Origin: Bdellovibrionota bacterium FG-1
Lineage (GTDB): Bacteria; Bdellovibrionota; UBA1018
Length of the DNA: 11,833 nucleotides
Direction of reading: 5' to 3'
Assembly (NCBI GenBank): GCA_051382295.1
Contig: JBBCAW010000014.1
Coordinates: 1-11,833 of the forward strand
Every line of letters begins with the position of its first letter. Within the stretch, counting starts at the first letter, position 1. Both the position numbers and the translations under genes were made by a program. The notes under the pieces are model-generated. The model made no database searches and was not told the origin of the DNA. It worked only from the letters and a program-made list of their open reading frames with translations. Below, piece after piece: positions 1 to 5,952 of this stretch.

Positions 1-8
1 CTTAAAAA

Positions 9-25
9 TGGCGGAGAGGGAGGGA
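9..25 (-). repeat. att site: 17-bp duplicate of a tRNA-Ser 3' end (TCCCTCCCTCTCCGCCA)
   Basis: The minus strand reads TCCCTCCCTCTCCGCCA: 3' T-stem strand CCCTC, 3' acceptor strand CCTCTCC, G discriminator and CCA, typical of tRNA-Ser genes starting GGAGAGG. The expected upstream GGTTCGAA T-loop is absent, so this is a fragment. It lies 49 bp from the integrase stop codon. Confidence 0.88.
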
Positions 26-26
26 C

Positions 27-44
27 ATCAAAATCGCTTTTGAT
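27..44. repeat. 7-bp inverted repeat immediately inside the att site
   Basis: ATCAAAA-TCGC-TTTTGAT, between the att core and the integrase stop. Function unknown. Confidence 0.5.
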
Positions 45-74
45 TACGCATACGCTTTCCGCGCCTACTACAGA

Positions 75-1172
75 CTACAACACGTTCGTTAATCTCAGGA
101 TTTTACCTGGATCTTCGTCCGTATGAAAGTTCAGAACGTCCATCGCACCGCGAATATCGACGCCCGCCTTCCTTGCGTATATCATCATCGTTTCCAGATC
201 TTTCCAACCGCCCATCTTCATCACCTTGATCGGCTCGACGCCCTTGCTAAGAAGTAGGGTCGCCCAGGTCGCTCGCAAGTCATGAAACCGAACCTCCGGC
301 AATCCATTTGCCTGAAGGAAGGTCGCCAGATGCCGCGCCTGTTCGCCCTTCTGCCACTGGTAAAGGTGGGGCAGGACGTAGGGTGAGCCATCGGCCTTGT
401 TTTTTAGCTCCTGGATAATCGGCAGAAGCGCCGGCGCGATTTCGATCATGCGATCATCGCCGGACTTCGTGGATTTGAACCCATCTTTGCTATTCCATGC
501 GCCGTTGACGAGAATTGTTCGGCGGTCCAAGTCTACGTTCTCCCATCGGAGCGCATAGAGTTCACCGCTTCGCATTCCCGTATAGAGCGCCACAGCGTAG
601 TGGGGGTACCACATCCAATCCTGCGCCCTGGCCCGACTCAGTAAAGCGCGGGCCTGATCTTCAGTGAGAACTTTTTGAATTTTGTCTCCCACCTTGAACT
701 TGAGCTGCGGAGTTGGATTGCGGACAATGTGACCTGCATCCACCGCATATTGGAAAACGCCCCGGATTGCCTTCAGCACATATCGCTGATGCGAAGGGGC
801 TCGCTCTCCAACTTTTTCTTGCAGCAGAAGCCGGACCTCCTGGGTCGTGATGGTATCGATCAAACGATCGCCCCATGCGCCCAAGGTGTGCGCCTCAAGG
901 GTGACTTGAAAATCGTAGACTGTCTTTTGCATCAATCCACGATTCAAGCTCGCCTCGGCATACTCGGCTATGACCTTCCGCCAGCTCGGCACGATCTTGC
1001 GACGGATCTTGTCCTCCACCGCGATCACCATCTCCTTGTAAGCCCGCTGCGCTTCGGCTTTCGTTTTGAAACCCTTGCGCGTCAGACTCACCGGCTGGCG
1101 CGTGATCGGATGCCGCTTTCCATAAGAGACAATGAACGTATCTGGATTCTTAGGATCATTTTTAATTGCCAT
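75..1172 (-). CDS. int: Tyrosine recombinase / site-specific integrase (365 aa)
   Basis: Catalytic set: R (YTGMRSGE), K (STKSG), HxxR (FHDLR), W in GGW, Y (TMMIY). N-terminal arm-binding-like segment (RKGFKTKAEA). SD-like AGAGGA upstream of the ATG; start overlaps the end of the upstream xis-like gene by 11 nt. Confidence 0.97.
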   Translation of the reverse strand: MAIKNDPKNPDTFIVSYGKRHPITRQPVSLTRKGFKTKAEAQRAYKEMVIAVEDKIRRKIVPSWRKVIAEYAEASLNRGLMQKTVYDFQVTLEAHTLGAWGDRLIDTITTQEVRLLLQEKVGERAPSHQRYVLKAIRGVFQYAVDAGHIVRNPTPQLKFKVGDKIQKVLTEDQARALLSRARAQDWMWYPHYAVALYTGMRSGELYALRWENVDLDRRTILVNGAWNSKDGFKSTKSGDDRMIEIAPALLPIIQELKNKADGSPYVLPHLYQWQKGEQARHLATFLQANGLPEVRFHDLRATWATLLLSKGVEPIKVMKMGGWKDLETMMIYARKAGVDIRGAMDVLNFHTDEDPGKILRLTNVL

Positions 1173-1464
1173 GACTACTTCCTCTTTTCTGCGAAAGAAG
1201 AAGCTGTCTCAGTTCGACCAGGAGATAGCGATTCCGCCGCCCAAACTTGTAATAGGGCACCAGACCATTGCTGATCATGTTCATCAGTGCACCTATCGAA
1301 AGTCCAAGGTAGTCGGCCGCTTGCTCCGTGGTCAGCCACTCCCGAATTTTCAAAGAACCGGCTCCTGGCGGGGTCGCCGTGGAGCAAGGCTGGTTTTGCG
1401 TCACCGGACCCGCCCCTGTCAAGCCCGACCGATTGCCTTTGTTATTGTTTCGGTTTTTCTCCAT
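1162..1464 (-). CDS. Excisionase-like helix-turn-helix DNA-binding protein (HTH_17/MerR-like), probable recombination directionality factor
   Basis: Motif WLTTEQAADYLGLSIGALMNMISNGLVPYYKFGRRNRY. SD GAGGTG overlaps the relaxase stop codon. Located directly upstream of int. Confidence 0.88.
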   Translation of the reverse strand: MEKNRNNNKGNRSGLTGAGPVTQNQPCSTATPPGAGSLKIREWLTTEQAADYLGLSIGALMNMISNGLVPYYKFGRRNRYLLVELRQLLLSQKRGSSHGN

Positions 1465-1473
1465 CGCCGCACC

Positions 1474-3309
1474 TCACACTCCGTGAAATGAAAGGGATCG
1501 CCCTAGATCGAGACCCTCGTCTCGCTCCCTCGACAAAAACTCCCGCGAGGGCTCCCAAGCCATTGAAATATCAATCGAGAAGGGGTTGAGCGCGTCCGCC
1601 AGGTCATCCCGGAACCGAACCAGGGCGGGGTCTTTGGCGTCAGCTTGATCGCATACGAGCCGGACCCGTTTTATGTTCTTCGCGGTAGCGGCCCGTAGCG
1701 CGAGGGGCACATTCGGCTCCAACAAAGCGAGCACCGAGGTTTGCTTTGACCGATTCCCTAGCGAGTGCGGACTGCGCTTGAGAAATGTGGCGGGATCAAC
1801 GAAAAGCTGAAGTTCTTCGGATCGCCCGCGCCGCTCATAGAGCGGCGTGCTGATCTCACCGCGCCGGCGCTTGGTGTATCCCTTGCCGTCATCGTTGGGT
1901 AGATACTCGACAAGACCGGTGTCCTCTCGCTCCGTAAAGAAGCGCACCACTCCTTCGGCGGTAACATGCACACTTTGACGCTTGAGAAGTTCGCCGTGCA
2001 CTGGGTGGTGGGTTGGGTGCCCCAGGAACTTCGCCAGGTGTTTGATTGCGGCTTCTCGTGGAATACGCTCGCCCCTAAAGAAGTGAAACGACTGATAGGG
2101 CTTCTTGCTCTCGCCCAGATGCTTTTCGAGCGCCATCAAGCGCGGGTTGTTGTTCAATATCGAAATGGCGTGCAAATAACTTGTCTGCCGGTGGTTTGCC
2201 ACGAAGTCGATCGCGTTGCCGCGAGTCTTGTTTTTGTGGTTGACCCATCCATATTGATTAACTTCAACGTGCTCTCGATCGCGGAGCACCGTGCGCCCCT
2301 CCTCGCGTCGCTCAAGCGGAATATCGGCGCGCTTGCAATAGCCGATGATGTCGCCACACTTTGCGTTGAGCACCTCTTCAAGGGGAATGAAGCTCTTGAT
2401 CGTCTCTTCCACTTGCGCCGGGGTTGTCTGGTCAAACTCCAGTGACCGCCGTAACCCAGCATAAGGTTGTGTCTTCTCGACCGCGAGAGTTGGCACCTTT
2501 CCGGGCGTGCGATAGTTCGCGGCGAGTTCTGAGACCGTCGCCCGCAGCTCGGGCGACGCAACCAACCGCGCTCGGTTGGCAGCAAACTTTTGCTCAAGTG
2601 CGGGCTTATCCAAGCGGGGGTCGAGGTTACGCCCCCGCTTCCCGTGTTCTTTGCCCGGATAAAAGTAGGTGATGTTCTTTGGCTCAACGCGCACTTGCAC
2701 ATCGAAGGCACCCAAGATGGCCGCGTACTCCTCGTACCCGGTGGCATGCTCACGCGCAAAGTGTGCCTTGCTCGCCATATCAACAATGTAGGATCGCCCG
2801 CGGTACTGGTTGATCCGCCGAACGTGCTCGTTCGGTCCTGGCCTTCGTAGCTTTTCCTGAGGGGGCAACACACTTAGCCCCCTATCTCTCGCGATTTCGT
2901 CGTTTATATTTCTCAGGGTTTCGATGTGCCCCAGTTTGTTTTGAATTCGTTTTCCGGTTTCGAGGCTCACCGGATTGATCAGGATGTGATTATGCGAGTG
3001 CGGCTGATCGGTATGGGTCTGGACGATATATTGATGCCCAGGCGCGAACCGACTTACCAACTCCACTCCCATCTTATGCACAAGGTCGGGCGGGAGAGTG
3101 CGACTCTCCGTGGGTGACCAGCTTTGAATGAGGTGAATCGAGTTGTTACCCCTGGAGTTGTGATCACGCTGCAACCCCGTAAACTCGCTGGTGACACCAT
3201 CGAGCATGCATAGGTGCTCAGTCGTCAGGCCGTTGGGCTCACGTTTCTCGGTAAGGTACTTCTCCATCCTCTTGGCGCTGTCATCATAATGAATTTTAAC
3301 GGTCGCCAT
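1474..3309 (-). CDS. MOBP-type relaxase (611 aa) with C-terminal degenerate primase-like (DUF3991/Toprim-like) region
   Basis: Motif I Tyr (MEKYLT), motif II (IHLIQSWSPTE), motif III (THTDQPHSHNHILINPV). Start reassigned from 3411 to the ATG at 3309 (MATVKIH), which overlaps the mobC stop. The C-terminal call is pattern-based and less certain than the relaxase call. Confidence 0.92.
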   Translation of the reverse strand: MATVKIHYDDSAKRMEKYLTEKREPNGLTTEHLCMLDGVTSEFTGLQRDHNSRGNNSIHLIQSWSPTESRTLPPDLVHKMGVELVSRFAPGHQYIVQTHTDQPHSHNHILINPVSLETGKRIQNKLGHIETLRNINDEIARDRGLSVLPPQEKLRRPGPNEHVRRINQYRGRSYIVDMASKAHFAREHATGYEEYAAILGAFDVQVRVEPKNITYFYPGKEHGKRGRNLDPRLDKPALEQKFAANRARLVASPELRATVSELAANYRTPGKVPTLAVEKTQPYAGLRRSLEFDQTTPAQVEETIKSFIPLEEVLNAKCGDIIGYCKRADIPLERREEGRTVLRDREHVEVNQYGWVNHKNKTRGNAIDFVANHRQTSYLHAISILNNNPRLMALEKHLGESKKPYQSFHFFRGERIPREAAIKHLAKFLGHPTHHPVHGELLKRQSVHVTAEGVVRFFTEREDTGLVEYLPNDDGKGYTKRRRGEISTPLYERRGRSEELQLFVDPATFLKRSPHSLGNRSKQTSVLALLEPNVPLALRAATAKNIKRVRLVCDQADAKDPALVRFRDDLADALNPFSIDISMAWEPSREFLSRERDEGLDLGRSLSFHGV

Positions 3310-3649
3310 AATCGCCCAGCAGGGTTGTCTTGAAGTATTGAACCAGGTTGATCGCCTCGCAGACGTCGGCTTCGATCCTGTGAATGCCCAGTGTGTGCGC
3401 GGCTCGCGCAAGCTGATTCAAGTTGTTTCCGATCGCCGCAAGTTCTCGTCGGACGGCTTTTCGTGTTTCGGCGTCGAGCGCCGGCGCTGATATGCCGCCC
3501 CGGAAATACGCCGTCTTGAGCAGCCAGGGGATGCTCTTGCCAGTTTCAATGCGGTCGCGGATCATTCGCAGGTATTCGTCCCGTTCAAACCGGACCGTGC
3601 TCCTGCGCTCCTTCATGTTCACTCCATTGGGAATCAATTCATCACCCAT
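3296..3649 (-). CDS. mobC: MobC relaxosome accessory protein (117 aa)
   Basis: Signature ELAAIGNNLNQLARAAH and an N-terminal RHH-like strand/helix (STVRFERDEY). Strong SD AAAGGAG before the ATG at 3649, so the 3724 start is not used. Overlaps the relaxase start by 14 nt. Confidence 0.93.
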   Translation of the reverse strand: MGDELIPNGVNMKERRSTVRFERDEYLRMIRDRIETGKSIPWLLKTAYFRGGISAPALDAETRKAVRRELAAIGNNLNQLARAAHTLGIHRIEADVCEAINLVQYFKTTLLGDYGDR

Positions 3650-3686
3650 ATTTTCTTCTCCTTTGTTTGGTGTTGTCTTCGTTGGC

Positions 3687-3815
3687 CGATCACAAGAGGG
3701 GGCAAAAGCTTGGGCTGCAAGCAAGTAGCCTGGTGCCAGGCTACGACTTCGTCCCCGAGGCCTACGGCCCCGGACCCCTGTTGCAGATCAAATGCTTTTG
3801 CCCCTCACATGATCG
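3687..3815 (-). other. Putative oriT with candidate nic site (TTGCTTG^CA, between 3718 and 3717 on the minus strand)
   Basis: Perfect 9-bp inverted repeat GTAGCCTGG-TG-CCAGGCTAC (3725-3744) immediately 5' (minus strand) of TTGCTTGCA, which resembles the GCTTG^C MOBP nic of pC221-type plasmids. Outer inverted repeats: GGGGCAAAAGC/GCTTTTGCCCC (3699-3709/3794-3804) and CGATCA/TGATCG. Directly upstream of mobC. Confidence 0.68.
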
Positions 3816-3923
3816 CCTCCGATATTCGGGCAGTGACATGAGCACCTCGCGTGCCAGTGTGGCCCGATCGCGAAAGCTCGCGATTGCCAGTACTTATAGA
3901 AATGGTCGCCGAGATTTTCTCTT

Positions 3924-3960
3924 GAATGTCTACCCGGCGTAGACATTGGTGTAGACATTC
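3924..3960. promoter_or_regulatory. Three copies of GTAGACATT (one inverted, two direct): putative protein-binding site
   Basis: GAATGTCTAC (3924-3933), GTAGACATT (3939-3947) and GTAGACATTC (3951-3960), in the intergenic region upstream of oriT/mobC. Confidence 0.5.
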
Positions 3961-4075
3961 AGAGGTCGCTGCCCGTTCCTTCATGAAGCGGCTATATTGC
4001 AAGGCCGTGCCAATGACGGCGGTTTCGTGTGAAGCGTATTTCGCCAGGAATTTCGCGCAAATCTGCGCGCGGTGG

Positions 4076-4119
4076 AGTCTCACGCGTGAGACTGAGTATC
4101 AGCGAGTCTCATTCGAGAC
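4076..4119. promoter_or_regulatory. Perfect 18-bp palindrome plus a second related dyad
   Basis: AGTCTCACGCGTGAGACT (4076-4093) and GTCTC-ATTC-GAGAC (4106-4119). The repeats are directly visible; the regulatory role is inferred. Confidence 0.5.
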
Positions 4120-4178
4120 AGCGGCGTAACCGTAGGATTCTGCGTTGAGCGCCTTCTACTGAGCTGGTAGAGAAGGGT

Positions 4179-4811
4179 ATGGGCTTTTTTCCGACCGACC
4201 CGAAAAAACTAAAAACCCGCATCCGTAGCTATGAGCGAGCGCTGCGCAGCCCAAATAACGATGACGGTTACGGCAAGCGGTACTTGGTCGGACCGATGTA
4301 TCTGCTGCTGGGCGACACTTCAGGGGCCGTGAAATACTACGAATGGTTTACGGTGAGTTATTCGGATGACGGTGGCGAACCGTACAATGAATTGTGCTGG
4401 GCTTTGGCCCTTTACCTCGCCGGCGACCTGGCGCGAGCCAACCGCCGGCTCAGGCGGGCGCTTTTTTCGAATCTATATCTTGTGCCCTACGTTATCGGCA
4501 TTGATCTACCGCCTTATCCGATATGGCATGGCTGCAACTTTGCCGAACCGGAATACGCGCACACGATCCCGAGTGAATTGGTTGCGCTGTGGACCAAGGA
4601 TGCTCTCGCTTGGGCGAAGGAGTGTTACACCGCACCAGAACTTCAGAGAGATCTGGCTCAGTATCTTGATCTTGAAACGCAGATAAAAGATGCGCCGATC
4701 GGGCAGCAGCGGACAGAGTTGCTTCGCAGGGCATGGGCCATCGCCGCCGATAGCATCGAAGGTAACGACAAGCCGGCCTTACGCGTCATAGAAGGAGGCG
4801 CCACGAAATGA
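4179..4811 (+). CDS. Hypothetical protein, alpha-helical/TPR-like (210 aa)
   Basis: Long ORF with ATG start and natural protein composition. TPR-like segments (MYLLLGDTSGAVKYYEW; WALALYLAGDLARANRRLRRA). ATGA overlap with the next gene. Confidence 0.8.
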   Translation: MGFFPTDPKKLKTRIRSYERALRSPNNDDGYGKRYLVGPMYLLLGDTSGAVKYYEWFTVSYSDDGGEPYNELCWALALYLAGDLARANRRLRRALFSNLYLVPYVIGIDLPPYPIWHGCNFAEPEYAHTIPSELVALWTKDALAWAKECYTAPELQRDLAQYLDLETQIKDAPIGQQRTELLRRAWAIAADSIEGNDKPALRVIEGGATK

Positions 4812-5545
4812 AATCGACAAACTCCGCGCTAACAGCGCGAAAAAAGCCCTCCACGAGGCCATTTTCATACGTCAACAGGAAGGGTGACGCCTATTTTCTT
4901 CATCAAGGCACGACCAAGCTCGGAAAGCCCAAATACTTTTTCAGCCGCTCTCCCGAGGGGAGTCTTAGCGAAATCCCATCAGGCTTTGTTGTCACAGAGA
5001 GCATTAACGCAGTCGTTTCGCTCGCTCGCCCGCGGCCAACACTGATTCCTACCCCAGACACTAAGTCCGTTGAAACCAGGGTGCGGTCGTATCGGCACCT
5101 GGTCCACCATCACGTCGAGAGCAAGGGCAACTCGATATTGATCTACGCACCCATCGGTCAAGATTTGATCGAAAGGACGAAGCCCGAAGAGTTTTCCGTT
5201 CTGGCCTCGTTAAAGCCGTTTTTTGAGTCGCTGGGTCGCAGCCCAGGGGAGTTTCTCTCGGAGATTGCCTCAAACACGGGAATGACCGTTGAACAAATTC
5301 AGCAGATGGACAAAGCCGCATCCGAGGAAAAGCGATCCCGCTTCACGGATAAATTCAAGCAGACGATGCAGTATGATCCGGTAATGCGCTTCGTTTTCGA
5401 GAAGCACTCCGGGCAGTACCGCGTTGACCGTCGCTGCTATCGCGGTGAGCACGACTGGCTTTCGCTCGGCGTAGGCTCAATTGAATCGCTCGCGGCGAAA
5501 TATGTTCGGCACATCGGGAAGGAGTCGTTTTTTGAACTGTTTTGA
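4808..5545 (+). CDS. Hypothetical protein (245 aa)
   Basis: Strong SD AAGGAGG (4792-4798) and ATGA coupling to the upstream gene. Beta-rich basic N-terminus (YVNRKGDAYFLHQGTTKLGKPKYFFS) and C-terminus HIGKESFFELF. I cannot assign a function. Confidence 0.82.
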   Translation: MKSTNSALTARKKPSTRPFSYVNRKGDAYFLHQGTTKLGKPKYFFSRSPEGSLSEIPSGFVVTESINAVVSLARPRPTLIPTPDTKSVETRVRSYRHLVHHHVESKGNSILIYAPIGQDLIERTKPEEFSVLASLKPFFESLGRSPGEFLSEIASNTGMTVEQIQQMDKAASEEKRSRFTDKFKQTMQYDPVMRFVFEKHSGQYRVDRRCYRGEHDWLSLGVGSIESLAAKYVRHIGKESFFELF

Positions 5546-5604
5546 CTCGGCGGACTCAAAAGCCCAGCAAGGGGCGTCACAAGCCCTTGTATTCGGACGT
5601 TACC

Positions 5605-5952
5605 TTAGCGCTTTTTTCCCTTTTTATTAGTCACGGCGGGCGTTGACTGTTCGGGGGGCGCTGCGGGGCCGTTTCTCGGGTCTTTCTCTTCTAAGACCCT
5701 CTCGTAAGCATCACGTGTCAACGTGCAATCCACCAACTCCAAGAATTGCGGCTTGGTCAGACTACACTGCTTCGCCATGGCTCCCAGCAGGTAGTCATCC
5801 AAATCAGCCTTGCCACCGTGACTAGTCTTCGTTTTAGCGAGGGTCTTCTTCCCATCCTTGCGGTGGTAAATGAAGTAGTGATGATCACCCTCGGTTTGCT
5901 GAAACCCCTTGCTGCGGAGGGCAGTCTCCACAACGCTTTTGTCTCTAGGCAT
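5605..5952 (-). CDS. HicA-like toxin (putative mRNA interferase, dsRBD-like fold; 115 aa)
   Basis: HicA pattern: ALRSKGF, GDHHYFIY (GxH), TKTSHG, DLDDYLLGAMAKQCSLTKPQFLELV. Start overlaps the upstream gene's end by 8 nt. Confidence 0.75.
   Translation of the reverse strand: MPRDKSVVETALRSKGFQQTEGDHHYFIYHRKDGKKTLAKTKTSHGGKADLDDYLLGAMAKQCSLTKPQFLELVDCTLTRDAYERVLEEKDPRNGPAAPPEQSTPAVTNKKGKKR

Noticed and set aside
9..25. Complete tRNA gene
   Set aside because: Only the last 17 nt are present. There is no T-loop, anticodon arm or D arm, so it is treated as an att fragment.
661..2873. Alternative-frame and antisense ORFs within int and the relaxase (e.g. 675-1274, 1966-2445, 2154-2873)
   Set aside because: Shadow ORFs expected in GC-rich coding DNA; no motifs or translation signals.
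3310..3411. 34-aa N-terminal extension of the relaxase in the ORF track
   Set aside because: It overlaps the conserved mobC motif in another frame. MATVK at 3309 is a typical relaxase start coupled to the mobC stop.
3805..4129. ORFs 3805-4083 (-), 3926-4129 (+) and 3667-3942 (+)
   Set aside because: No SD or recognisable motifs. The region is rich in dyads and is better explained as a divergent control region.
4770..4800. PALRVIEGG tail as an SspB-like ClpX-binding motif
   Set aside because: A short, commonly occurring pattern whose last codons double as the SD of the next gene. Too weak to claim.
5540..5590. Terminator between the convergent 4808 gene and the HicA-like gene
   Set aside because: Only short imperfect stems (CAAGGG/CCCTTG; TTTGACTC/GACTCAAA) without a proper U-tract.
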